DNA from: an uncultured bacterium
GTDB lineage: Bacteria > Ratteibacteria > UBA8468 > B48-G9 > JAFGKM01
Reading direction: 5' to 3'
Assembly (NCBI GenBank): GCA_964403465.1
Contig: CAYOFY010000001.1
Location: 1-58,592, forward strand
DNA: 58,592 nucleotides
Positions 11,937-20,867 of this stretch are shown piece after piece. A program made the position numbers and the translations under genes. Each line of letters starts with the position of its first letter. The first letter of the stretch is position 1. Under the pieces are notes generated by a model. It did not search any database and was not told where the DNA came from. It saw only the letters and a list, made by a program, of their open reading frames with translations.

Positions 11937-12311
11937 ATGTACTGCAGAAACTGTGGAAAAGAAATAGACGATAAGACTATTGTATGTGTTGCGTGCGGGG
12001 TACCCCCGGCAAAAGGCAGGAAATATTGCCGTTATTGCGGAGTTCCGACCGACCCGAATGCCGAGATATGTGTAAAATGCGGGAGGCGTCTTCAGCAGTC
12101 AGAAGAAGGAAAAGACTGGCTTGCCACACTTCTGCTATCCGTATTCACCGGATATTTCGGAGTGGATAGATTCTACACGGGATATGTCGGACTTGGCATA
12201 TTGAAACTTCTGACCTGCGGCGGATGCGGTATCTGGTGGCTCGTGGATGTCATACTCATAGCCACGGATGCTTATAAGGACAGCGACGGAAATAAGCTGG
12301 TGAGAAGATAG
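11937..12311 (+). CDS. zinc-ribbon / TM2-domain membrane protein
   Basis: The ATG at 11937 follows AAGGAGG. The TTG at 11901 used by the ORF track lies inside the repeat. Two CxxC...CxxC ribbons ('CRNCG..CVACG', 'CRYCG..CVKCG') precede a TM2 domain ('GYFGVDRFYTGYVGLGILKLLTCGGCGIWWLVDVI'). Confidence 0.85.
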   Translation: MYCRNCGKEIDDKTIVCVACGVPPAKGRKYCRYCGVPTDPNAEICVKCGRRLQQSEEGKDWLATLLLSVFTGYFGVDRFYTGYVGLGILKLLTCGGCGIWWLVDVILIATDAYKDSDGNKLVRR

Positions 12312-12317
12312 GCGGAG

Positions 12318-12632
12318 ATGAAAAGAAGAAGAATCCTGATAAGAATATTGTTCCTGTATCTCTTGATTCCGGCGATACTTTTTGTCATTCCTCCTGAAAG
12401 TCTTGAATCTCTCCCGCAGATTTGCCTTTATAGAAACATATTCGGCAGGGAGTGCCCGGGCTGCGGAATGACAAGGGCTTTCCTGTACGTACTCCATCTA
12501 CGCTTCGCTGATGCGTTTACCCGCAACCGGCTGATCATAATCATCTTTCCCCTGACAGTCTATCTTTTCTTCAAAAATCTCATTCTGGATGTCAATCAAC
12601 TCAAGAGGGGATGGCAAAGCAATTTGACTTGA
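12318..12632 (+). CDS. DUF2752-like small membrane protein
   Basis: 'CLYRNIFGRECPGCGMTRAF' between two hydrophobic segments. Confidence 0.65.
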   Translation: MKRRRILIRILFLYLLIPAILFVIPPESLESLPQICLYRNIFGRECPGCGMTRAFLYVLHLRFADAFTRNRLIIIIFPLTVYLFFKNLILDVNQLKRGWQSNLT

Positions 12633-12695
12633 AACCGCCTCTCAATTACAATGATACCAAGGCATATTGCAGGATGGAAATACTGCCCACCGAGT

Positions 12696-12765
12696 GTCAT
12701 TGCGAGCTGTCAAAACCAACCCGGTAATCTATGAGCATGTTCCGCAAGACAGGCCTCGCATTGAC
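12696..12765. repeat. inverted pair of GTCATTGCGAG-type REP modules (REPIN-like)
   Basis: gtcattgcgagc at 12696-12707 faces gcctcgcattgac at 12753-12765 (reverse complement gtcaatgcgaggc). Confidence 0.8.
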
Positions 12766-12792
12766 GAAAACGCAAGCAGCAAAGGAGAGGCC

Positions 12793-14160
12793 ATGGAAAG
12801 AAAAACAGGTTGGGAAATATGGAACGAAAAAATAAGAAAAGATGCAGAGAAATTCTGTGAGGGCTACAAAGAATTTCTTTCAAAGAACAAGACCGAAAGG
12901 AAGTTCGTCAAAGGATGTGCGGACAGGGCAGAAAAAGAGGGGTTTAAGCCCCTGAATGCTTTCAAAAAGCTTCTTGCAGGCGACAGATTTTACATGGTCA
13001 ACAAAGGAAAAGTGATAGCACTCGGGAAGATAGGTAAGAAATCCCTTGATTCAGGATGCAGGTTTATCGTGGCCCACATAGATTCCCCGCGCCTTGACCT
13101 GAAAGCAAACCCTCTTTACGAGGATGAAAACATATGTCTTCTGAAAACATGTTACTATGGCGGGATTAAGAAATATCAGTGGCTTACCATTCCCCTTGCA
13201 ATACATGGTACAGTAGTTTTCAAGAACGGGAAGAGCAAAGAGATAGAGATCGGAGAACGTGATAGTGACCCCGTATTCAATATAACCGACCTTCTTCCCC
13301 ATCTGGGAAAAGATCAGGCAAAGAAAACCATAGAAGAAGGGTTCCCCGGTGAAAACCTGAACATCATTGTGGGAAGTATTCCGGATGTCAGACAGAAGAA
13401 AGAAAAAACAAAAAATAATATCCTGAAGATTTTGAAAGATTCTTACGGAATTGAAGAGGCCGATTTTATCAGCAGTGAATTTCAGTTTGTTCCGGCCGGG
13501 AAATTGAAAGATGCCGGGTTTGACAGAAGCATGATTCTTGGATACGGACAGGACGACCGTGTCTGTGCGTACACGGGCATGGAAGCAATGCTGTCCGTAG
13601 AAAAACCTGAACAGACCACCTTCTGCATTCTTGTTGACCAGGAAGAGATAGGCAGCCGCGGCTCAACCTCCGCCCAGTCGGAATTTTTCAGGTTTTTGAT
13701 TGAGGAGGTGCTGGAAAAATCCGGCCTGGCCGCGAAGGACTTCAAATCCGCCATGCAGAATTCCAGGGCAATCTCCGCAGATGTTGATACCATATTTGAC
13801 CCGAATTACAAGGAAGTGACTGACCCCAGAAATACGGCCCGACTTGGATGCGGCGTTATACTCACCAGGATAACTGGAGGCAGAGGGAAAGGCGGCAGCA
13901 TTGAACCGCCGGCAGAATATATTGCCTATATAAGAAAAATCTTCGATGAAAACGGGATCGTATGGCAACCAGGCGAGATAGGAAAAATAGAACAGGGCGG
14001 AGGCGGAACCATCGCTACCTATATTGCCAGATATAACATGGATACGGTTGACTGCGGAACCGGAGTTCTGTCAATGCACGCCCCCTATGAACTGACCAGT
14101 AAGGCAGATATATACTCCACATATCTTGCTTACAGGGTATTTTACTCGGAAAAGATCTGA
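12793..14160 (+). CDS. M18-family aminopeptidase
   Basis: The ATG at 12793 follows AAAGGAGAGG; the upstream part of the track ORF runs through the repeat. Motifs 'VAHIDSPRLDLK', 'LVDQEEIGSRGSTSAQS' and 'SMHAPYE'. Confidence 0.85.
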   Translation: MERKTGWEIWNEKIRKDAEKFCEGYKEFLSKNKTERKFVKGCADRAEKEGFKPLNAFKKLLAGDRFYMVNKGKVIALGKIGKKSLDSGCRFIVAHIDSPRLDLKANPLYEDENICLLKTCYYGGIKKYQWLTIPLAIHGTVVFKNGKSKEIEIGERDSDPVFNITDLLPHLGKDQAKKTIEEGFPGENLNIIVGSIPDVRQKKEKTKNNILKILKDSYGIEEADFISSEFQFVPAGKLKDAGFDRSMILGYGQDDRVCAYTGMEAMLSVEKPEQTTFCILVDQEEIGSRGSTSAQSEFFRFLIEEVLEKSGLAAKDFKSAMQNSRAISADVDTIFDPNYKEVTDPRNTARLGCGVILTRITGGRGKGGSIEPPAEYIAYIRKIFDENGIVWQPGEIGKIEQGGGGTIATYIARYNMDTVDCGTGVLSMHAPYELTSKADIYSTYLAYRVFYSEKI

Positions 14161-14181
14161 CACAGTCATACAAACATAAAA

Positions 14182-16785
14182 GTGAAAAGGCATATCGCAT
14201 CAGTCATAATGGCAGCAGGCAAGGGGACGAGAATGCGCTGTTCCTCTGTTCACAAGGTATGCTTTCCCCTGGGCGGAAAACCTGTCATAAACAGGACCAT
14301 TGAAACTCTTCATAGTTGCGGTATTCATTCACATTTCATAGTGATAAGGCATCTGGCCGAACAGTTGATGCAAACCGTTTCTTCGGCCCCCGGCATACAC
14401 TATTTTTGTTACCAGCAACAAACCCGGGGTACCGGTAATGCGGCAAAGACCGCCGCAGAGATAATGGTAACGATACCTGATATAGATGACGTGCTGGTTA
14501 TGGCAGGAGATAAGGTTATTGAAAAAGGAATTCTGAAAAAACTTATTGACAGATTCTATGAAACGGACAGCGATTTGACTTTTATTGTCGGTAACGCATC
14601 CGGTTTCAAAAATTCAGGACGTGTTCTTTACAAGAAGGGGAAAATCCTGGGTATCCTGGAGGTTCCGGACATATCCCGTAACAAGATCCTGAAGAAATTT
14701 CAGGAACAGGTTTCCACAAAACCATTATCCGCAGAAGATGCAGAGAAAATAGTTTTTTCATACCTTCCAGATGAACACAAAGCCGGCATTGCCCTTGGTC
14801 CATTATGGGAAAGGGTCAAAAGGGGTAAATCCATAACTGCCGAGATCATGAAGGAATTTATTTCACCCGATGATTATTCCCTGACTGTTAACGGCATGGA
14901 AATTGACCCCGGGTGTATCTCAAACGCCAGATACGCAAATCTTTCGGTTTATCTGTTCAAGAGGGAAAAATTCATTTCTTCTCTGAAATCTCTCAAAGAT
15001 GACAATGCCCAGAAGGAAGAATATCTGACGGACGTCGTAGGAATACTGGCAAAAGGCGGAGCAAAGGTTACGGTTCTGCCCCTGAACAACACCAATCAGT
15101 TGATGACTTTCAATACACCGGAAGAGTTGACAAAAATAGAGACTGTTCTTGCCGCAAAAGAGGTTGTATACCTGAGAGAGAGACCGCAGTCAATTCGCAA
15201 ACCGCTGGACTGGCTCAGACATCTGGAGACAGATTCCCTTTCATCCTTGAAGTATTTCCATGGCATCTACGGAACCGCCTATCCTGGCACAGACAAAAAA
15301 AGACTGATGCTCATCAACGCAATGAAAGAATACATGGCGAGATTCGGAAATAATCCGGTCGTGGTAACAAGAGCACCGGGACGGATAAATCTGATGGGCA
15401 GACACATAGACCACCAGGGCGGGGATGTGAATATGATGGCGCTGGACAGGGATATATACTGCATAGCAGGAGAAAGAGCCGACCGTCTGATATCTGCAAA
15501 CAGCATAGAGCCCATGAGATTCCCGCACAGGCAGTTTTCCATAGACGAATTGGGCATAGGCGCAAACGAAAACTGGCATGCTTTTGTAAACAGTTCAAGG
15601 CCAAAAATATCCGGAACCGTTCCGAGGGGAGACTGGGGACAATATGTCAAGGCGGTCATATGCAGATTTCAACATTTTTCAGGGAAGAAGCACCTTAAAG
15701 GCATGAACATACTGACTGCCAGCGATCTGCCATCCGGGGGAGGAATCAGTTCATCTTCGGCACTATTCGTTTCCATAGCTGAAGCGTGCATTCTATTGAA
15801 CGATATCAAAGTTTCTGCGGAAAGATTTGTGGAACTGTGCGGAGAGGGCGAACAATACGTCGGTACACGAGGAGGGAGCGGAGACCACGCAGCCATAAAA
15901 TATTCCCAAAAAGGCTCCGTTACCCATATAGGATTTTATCCTCTTAAAAAAATAGAGACCGTTCCCTTTCCAAGCCGGTACATCATATCCGTGTGCAACT
16001 CGCAACGCCAGGCGCATAAGACCAGGGGAGTAAGGAATATTTTCAACCAGAGGGTTGCCTGCTACCATATAGGTATGGAACTGCTCAGCAAGCAATTTCC
16101 GCGGCTTATGAATGCCATGAAATATATGAGGGATATGGTTTACGGAAAACCGTCCCTGTCTGAGAAGGATATTTTTTCAATGCTGTCAGTACTGCCTGTT
16201 GAAATATCGGCAGAAGAACTTTTACGTATGGGGATATCCGACGGGTTAAGGGCAAGGATAGAAAACCTCCCGGATGCGGCCGGGCTTTACCGCGTCAGGG
16301 AGGTCTTCATCTACGGGCTTGCAGAATGCCTGAGAAGCCGGAGATGCAGTGAGCTTCTGCTTCATAACGAAATAGGGGAATTTGGCAGGTGGATGAATAT
16401 CTCCCATGAAGGCGACAGGGTTATGCGCTGGACGGTAAAAGAGACATCAACACCTTTCCATATCAACTATTCCGATGAAAAGATGAAAAACCTTGCGCGG
16501 CGTGCCCGGGAATCTTCAGATATGCTGATCTGCCAACCGGGTTCGTACAGGTGCAGTATTCCCGAGATAGACAGGATGGTTGATGTGTCACTTTCCGTGA
16601 GAGGCGTTGCCGGAGCACAAATCTCAGGTGCGGGACTGGGAGGATGCATAATGGTCATGGTAAAAGAAAGCGCCTATGAAGATCTGGAAAAAAAGATGCT
16701 TGACAACTACTACGACCCGTTGAATCTTGAACAGGAAATGTTCATCACCTACCCGGCGGAAGGAAGCGGACTCGTTCGTTTCTGA
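14182..16785 (+). CDS. fusion protein: N-terminal sugar-1-phosphate nucleotidyltransferase domain + C-terminal GHMP (galactokinase-like) sugar kinase domain
   Basis: N-terminus 'VIMAAGKGTRM' is the NTP-transferase signature. Further along, 'APGRINLMGRHIDHQGG' is a galactokinase-type signature and 'PSGGGISSSSALFVS' is GHMP motif II. C-terminus 'ISGAGLGGCIMVMV' is motif III. 867 aa with a GTG start. Confidence 0.8.
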   Translation: MKRHIASVIMAAGKGTRMRCSSVHKVCFPLGGKPVINRTIETLHSCGIHSHFIVIRHLAEQLMQTVSSAPGIHYFCYQQQTRGTGNAAKTAAEIMVTIPDIDDVLVMAGDKVIEKGILKKLIDRFYETDSDLTFIVGNASGFKNSGRVLYKKGKILGILEVPDISRNKILKKFQEQVSTKPLSAEDAEKIVFSYLPDEHKAGIALGPLWERVKRGKSITAEIMKEFISPDDYSLTVNGMEIDPGCISNARYANLSVYLFKREKFISSLKSLKDDNAQKEEYLTDVVGILAKGGAKVTVLPLNNTNQLMTFNTPEELTKIETVLAAKEVVYLRERPQSIRKPLDWLRHLETDSLSSLKYFHGIYGTAYPGTDKKRLMLINAMKEYMARFGNNPVVVTRAPGRINLMGRHIDHQGGDVNMMALDRDIYCIAGERADRLISANSIEPMRFPHRQFSIDELGIGANENWHAFVNSSRPKISGTVPRGDWGQYVKAVICRFQHFSGKKHLKGMNILTASDLPSGGGISSSSALFVSIAEACILLNDIKVSAERFVELCGEGEQYVGTRGGSGDHAAIKYSQKGSVTHIGFYPLKKIETVPFPSRYIISVCNSQRQAHKTRGVRNIFNQRVACYHIGMELLSKQFPRLMNAMKYMRDMVYGKPSLSEKDIFSMLSVLPVEISAEELLRMGISDGLRARIENLPDAAGLYRVREVFIYGLAECLRSRRCSELLLHNEIGEFGRWMNISHEGDRVMRWTVKETSTPFHINYSDEKMKNLARRARESSDMLICQPGSYRCSIPEIDRMVDVSLSVRGVAGAQISGAGLGGCIMVMVKESAYEDLEKKMLDNYYDPLNLEQEMFITYPAEGSGLVRF

Positions 16786-16816
16786 CACAATTTCCCTCCG
16801 ATACCAAACCTCAGAA

Positions 16817-16968
16817 ATTCCGACATAAGGAATGCATGTTGACTATGCCCAACCGGGCGGCTTTCTTCATCCCGATTCTTCCCAATCGGGACGCTCCTCC
16901 TTCAGACGCCCGCTTCCGAAACCGCCCGGCAGGGCACTGCAAGAGAAAACTCTGTCTTATGTCGGAAT
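16817..16968. repeat. 152-nt nested palindrome containing a 76-nt hairpin repeat (copy 1, core 16855-16930)
   Basis: The outer 13-bp stem pairs 16817-16829 (attccgacataag) with 16956-16968 (cttatgtcggaat). The inner element gggcggctttc...gaaaccgcccggc has its own terminal inverted repeats. The core recurs at 28519-28594 (71/76 identical, same orientation). Confidence 0.85.
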
Positions 16969-17024
16969 CCAAGAGACCTTCATAAAATTGATTTTTGGCG
17001 GTTCAGAGTGTAAAATTAAACGCT

Positions 17025-17978
17025 ATGCCAGAAACAGTCTTTTTCATAGCAGGAGCACGGGTTGAGGTAAAAGAGGGCAATCTTGCGGAAGAAAAGGTTG
17101 ATGCCATTGTCAATGCCGCCAACAACCGCATGGTTATGGGAGGAGGAGTCGCCCTCGCCATAAAAAGAGCGGGCGGAGATATTATTGAAAAACAGGCAAT
17201 GGAGAAAGGTCCCGTAAGGGTAGGGGAGTCGCTATATACCCGGGGCGGGAAACTTCCGGCTGGATACGTGATACATGCAGCCACCATGGGGATGGATTTC
17301 AGAACCGATGCAGAAAAGGTGCGCAAATCCGCGGCGAGCGCTTTGTCGCTTGGAAATACTCTGAAGATTTCTTCAATAGCTTTTCCTGCGCTCGGATGCG
17401 GAACCGGAGGGCTCTCTCCATCCATGGTTGCGGACATAATGATTGAAGAAACACTCAGATGCCTCTCTGTGAAAGGGGGGTCATTGAAGGACATACGGTT
17501 TGTCCTGCACGACAGGAGAACTTTTGACGTTTTCCGGTCAAGCGTTGAGGGATATCTTGTCAGCATGACTCAGAAAACATACAGGAATCCCGTGCCCACG
17601 GTTGACGTCATAATAGAACTGCCCGGCGGTATTGTACTGGTCAAGAGAAAGAACTATCCTTACGGGTGGGCAATCCCGGGAGGATTCGTGGATTACGGGG
17701 AAAGCCTTGAAGACGCGGCGAAAAGGGAAGCAAAGGAAGAGACGGGAATGGCTGTTTCCGGACTGGAACAGTTCCATACATATTCGGCGCCGGGAAGGGA
17801 CCCCAGGCACCACACGATATCAACCGTTTTCACCGCCAGAGGCAGCGGAAATCCGAAGCCGGACGACGATGCGGAGGAAGCGGCGGTTTTTACCGAAAAC
17901 AATCTTCCGGACAATTTTGCCTTTGACCACAAAGAGATAGTGAAGGAATATTTCAGGGAGCATAAAAAAGAGCAGTAA
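17025..17978 (+). CDS. macro domain - Nudix hydrolase fusion protein
   Basis: Macro domain: '[27 protein letters not shown]' and '[13 protein letters not shown]'. Nudix box: '[23 protein letters not shown]'. Start taken as the ATG at 17025; the TTG at 16995 is possible. Confidence 0.85.
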   Translation: MPETVFFIAGARVEVKEGNLAEEKVDAIVNAANNRMVMGGGVALAIKRAGGDIIEKQAMEKGPVRVGESLYTRGGKLPAGYVIHAATMGMDFRTDAEKVRKSAASALSLGNTLKISSIAFPALGCGTGGLSPSMVADIMIEETLRCLSVKGGSLKDIRFVLHDRRTFDVFRSSVEGYLVSMTQKTYRNPVPTVDVIIELPGGIVLVKRKNYPYGWAIPGGFVDYGESLEDAAKREAKEETGMAVSGLEQFHTYSAPGRDPRHHTISTVFTARGSGNPKPDDDAEEAAVFTENNLPDNFAFDHKEIVKEYFREHKKEQ

Positions 17979-18009
17979 TGAAGTTATGAACTTATGGAGT
18001 TAAGCCATC

Positions 18010-18999
18010 ATGAAAAAGAATATACTGAGCGGAATGCGGCCAACCGGACCTCTGCACATAGGGCATCTTTTCGGGGCGCTTGCAAACTGGAAACGGCTCC
18101 AGGACGAAGGATATAACTGCTTCTACATGATAGCGGATTACCACGCGCTGAGCACCGAATACGCCTCAATGGGAAACGTGAAAACTTATGCCGAAGAGAT
18201 GGCAATGGACTTTATAGCCGCGGGGCTTGATCCGGAAAAATCGACAATATTCGTGCAGTCTATGGTTCCTGAGCACGCTGAACTGCACCTGATTCTCTCA
18301 ATGATAACCCCTACCGCGTGGCTCGAAAGAAACCCGGTTTACAAGGAGCAGAAGAAACAGCTCGCGGCGAAGGACCTCAATACTTACGGATTCCTCGGTT
18401 ATCCGGTTCTGCAGGCGGCCGATATAATGATATACAAGGCAAATTACGTTCCCATAGGAATAGACCAGGCCCCTCACGTGGAACTGACGCGCGAGATAGC
18501 CAAGAGATTCAATTATCTCTACGGAGAGATGTTCCCCGTCCCGGAGGTACTGCTGACCGAAACACCGAAAATCCCTGGCACGGACAACAGGAAGATGAGC
18601 AAATCCTACAATAACTGCATCTACCTCCAGGATGCGCCGGAAACAATCAGGGAGAAAACAGGCAAGATGTTTACCGACCCCAGGAGGATATACAAGAAAG
18701 ACCCGGGACATCCGAAAACCTGTCCCGTCTTCAGTTACCATAAAATTTTCAACGCAGGAAGGGCGGGGCAGATAGAAAAGGAATGCAGGGGTGCGGTCAT
18801 AGGATGCACCGAGTGCAAGAAGGAAGCCGGAGAGGCACTCGCTCTTTATCTCAAGGACATAAGGGATAGAAGAAACGCTCTGGCAAGAGACAGAAAAACA
18901 TTGTGGGAAATACTTGACGGAGGCGCGGAAAAAGCAAAGAAAGTGGCTCTTGCCACCATCAACGAAACCAGGATGAAAACGGGATTGAAATATGGATAA
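18010..18999 (+). CDS. trpS: tryptophan--tRNA ligase
   Basis: 'GMRPTGPLHIGH' (HIGH motif) and 'KMSKS'. 329 aa. Confidence 0.97.
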   Translation: MKKNILSGMRPTGPLHIGHLFGALANWKRLQDEGYNCFYMIADYHALSTEYASMGNVKTYAEEMAMDFIAAGLDPEKSTIFVQSMVPEHAELHLILSMITPTAWLERNPVYKEQKKQLAAKDLNTYGFLGYPVLQAADIMIYKANYVPIGIDQAPHVELTREIAKRFNYLYGEMFPVPEVLLTETPKIPGTDNRKMSKSYNNCIYLQDAPETIREKTGKMFTDPRRIYKKDPGHPKTCPVFSYHKIFNAGRAGQIEKECRGAVIGCTECKKEAGEALALYLKDIRDRRNALARDRKTLWEILDGGAEKAKKVALATINETRMKTGLKYG

Positions 19000-20086
19000 G
19001 GGCATAGAAAAAATCGTCAGAGATGGAATAAAAAAAATTGAGCCGTATGTTCCGGGAAAACCCATGGAGGAATTGCAGAGGGCGTATGGATTCGACATGG
19101 CAGAAATAATCAAGATAGCGTCCAACGAGAATCCCCTGGGCACATCCCCGAAGGCGGCTGAGGCGGCCATGAAATCCATTGAGAAATTTTCAAGGTACCC
19201 GGAGAGTTCAGGATATTACCTAACGAACAAATTATCGGATGTCCTGAAGGTCCCGACGGAAAATATAATCCTTGGAAGCGGCTCCAGCGAAATAATATCA
19301 ATGGCGATGGAAATAGTTACAAACCCCGGCGAAGAGGTCATATATCCGACCCCTTCGTTCCTGATTTACAGAATTCTGGCCTACAAGATGGGAGCGACGG
19401 CGGTCGAGGTCCCTCTGAAGAGCGATTTCTCCTATGACATGGACATGTTCCTTGACAGGATAACGGACAAGACGAAGGTCATAATACTCTGCAATCCGAA
19501 CAATCCCACCGGCACAATAATTTCCAGAAACCAGATTGAAAAATTTATTGCAAAGGTGCCTGACAATATGCTTATCATCTCGGATGAAGCCTACAGGGAA
19601 TATGTTGAAGACGAGAATTTCGGGACATGCTTTTCCTACTGGGAAAGGAAAAACGCCATAATAGTAAGAACATTTTCAAAGATTTACGGTCTTGCAGGGT
19701 TAAGGATAGGATATGGAATTGCGAAAAGCGAGATAATCGGTTTTATGGAGAGAATCAGGCCGCCTTTCAACACCACGACACCCGCGCAGGAGGCCGCCCT
19801 TGCGGCGCTGGACGACAGGGAGCACGTGGAAAAATCCATCAAGAACAACAAGAAAGGCAAGCACTACCTCTACGGGGAATTGAAGAAGCTTGCCATAGAG
19901 TACGTCCCGACGCAGGCAAATTTCATACTCTGCAGGTTCAGGGACAATGCCATAATACAGAAGCTTGAAAAGAAAGGTATAATCATAAGGAGTATGGCAG
20001 GCATAGGCCCTGGATACGCGAGAATCACCATCGGCACACCTCGGGAAAACGCCGAACTGATAGGTGCTTTGCGGGAATTGCTATAA
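18992..20086 (+). CDS. hisC: histidinol-phosphate aminotransferase
   Basis: 'ASNENPLG', 'CNPNNPTG' and 'FSKIYGLAGLRIGY' (PLP lysine). Confidence 0.93.
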   Translation: MDKGIEKIVRDGIKKIEPYVPGKPMEELQRAYGFDMAEIIKIASNENPLGTSPKAAEAAMKSIEKFSRYPESSGYYLTNKLSDVLKVPTENIILGSGSSEIISMAMEIVTNPGEEVIYPTPSFLIYRILAYKMGATAVEVPLKSDFSYDMDMFLDRITDKTKVIILCNPNNPTGTIISRNQIEKFIAKVPDNMLIISDEAYREYVEDENFGTCFSYWERKNAIIVRTFSKIYGLAGLRIGYGIAKSEIIGFMERIRPPFNTTTPAQEAALAALDDREHVEKSIKNNKKGKHYLYGELKKLAIEYVPTQANFILCRFRDNAIIQKLEKKGIIIRSMAGIGPGYARITIGTPRENAELIGALRELL

Positions 20087-20150
20087 ATAGGGAATAAGCA
20101 AAATCAAAAATCCCTCACGATGCATCATATCAAAGGAGAGTTCGGGATAA

Positions 20151-20867
20151 ATGAAACTTGGAATAAATATAGACCACGTAGCGACGGTAAGACAGGCAAG
20201 GAGAGGAAACAGCCCTGACCCTGTCCATGCCGCGGTGCTTTGCGAACTTGCAGGATGCGATTCAATCGTATGCCACCTCAGGGAAGATAGAAGACACATC
20301 CAGGACAGGGACGTATATCTGCTGAAGCAGACCATCAAGACATACCTGAATCTTGAGATGGCCCTCTCGGAAGAGATAGTAAAAATAGCGCTTGACGTGA
20401 GACCGTACCAGGTAACCCTGGTTCCCGAAAAACGCGAGGAGCTCACGACAGAAGGCGGCCTGGACGTAATCAGGAATTCCAAGAAGATACGCGATAGCGT
20501 GAAAAAATTTTCGGACAGAGGAATCAGGGTCAGCCTCTTCATAGAGCCCGATAAAAGCCAGATTGAGGCAGGCAAGGAGACGGGCGCCGAATTCATAGAA
20601 ATTCATACCGGCCGGTATGCCGATGCGAAGACGGAAAAAGACGTCACGTCCGAATTGGAAAAAATATCCGATGCCGTAGAATACGCCCTGTCAATAGAAC
20701 TCAGGGTGAACGCGGGACACGGTCTTGATTATAAAAATACCCCGGCAATATGCAGGATAAGAGGCATTGAGGAACTCAATATAGGTTACAGCATAATAGG
20801 AAGAGCGCTTTTCGCAGGGATTGAAAATGCAGTCAGGGAAATGCTGAGTCTGATGCGAAAACAATGA
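20151..20867 (+). CDS. pdxJ: pyridoxine 5'-phosphate synthase
   Basis: 'LGINIDHVATVRQAR', 'HLREDRRHI', 'EIHTGRYA' and 'VNAGHGL'. Confidence 0.95.
   Translation: MKLGINIDHVATVRQARRGNSPDPVHAAVLCELAGCDSIVCHLREDRRHIQDRDVYLLKQTIKTYLNLEMALSEEIVKIALDVRPYQVTLVPEKREELTTEGGLDVIRNSKKIRDSVKKFSDRGIRVSLFIEPDKSQIEAGKETGAEFIEIHTGRYADAKTEKDVTSELEKISDAVEYALSIELRVNAGHGLDYKNTPAICRIRGIEELNIGYSIIGRALFAGIENAVREMLSLMRKQ

Noticed and set aside
12667-12792. N-terminal extensions of track ORFs at 12667, 28701, 34020, 11901 and 16995, and the small ORFs 11650-11838 and 16832-17065.
   Set aside because: The extra codons translate GTCAT-family or MITE-like repeats. In four cases (11937, 12793, 28905, 33963) an ATG preceded by a strong Shine-Dalgarno sequence lies just downstream, where homology begins. 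At 17025 there is no clear Shine-Dalgarno, and the downstream ATG was chosen on macro-domain homology alone.
17979-18009. Looked for T-box, attenuator or riboswitch leaders upstream of trpS, leuS, hisC, ribF and cobO.
   Set aside because: The trpS, hisC, ribF and cobO leaders are too short (0-35 nt). The 175-nt leuS upstream region shows no specifier-loop/T-box 'AGGGTGGNACCGCG'-type sequence that I could recognise.
18298-19179. 293-aa ORF on the minus strand, one of several long antisense ORFs. The others are 4529-5416, 54305-55006, 20081-20596, 45573-46079, 909-1415, 51912-52571 and 23876-24406.
   Set aside because: Each lies entirely opposite a confidently identified gene (trpS/hisC, aroA, rpsB/tsf, pdxJ, the parA partner, ligA, the permease, ppdK). 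All have low-complexity Ser/Pro/Leu/Phe-rich translations with no recognisable motif. They are typical shadow ORFs.
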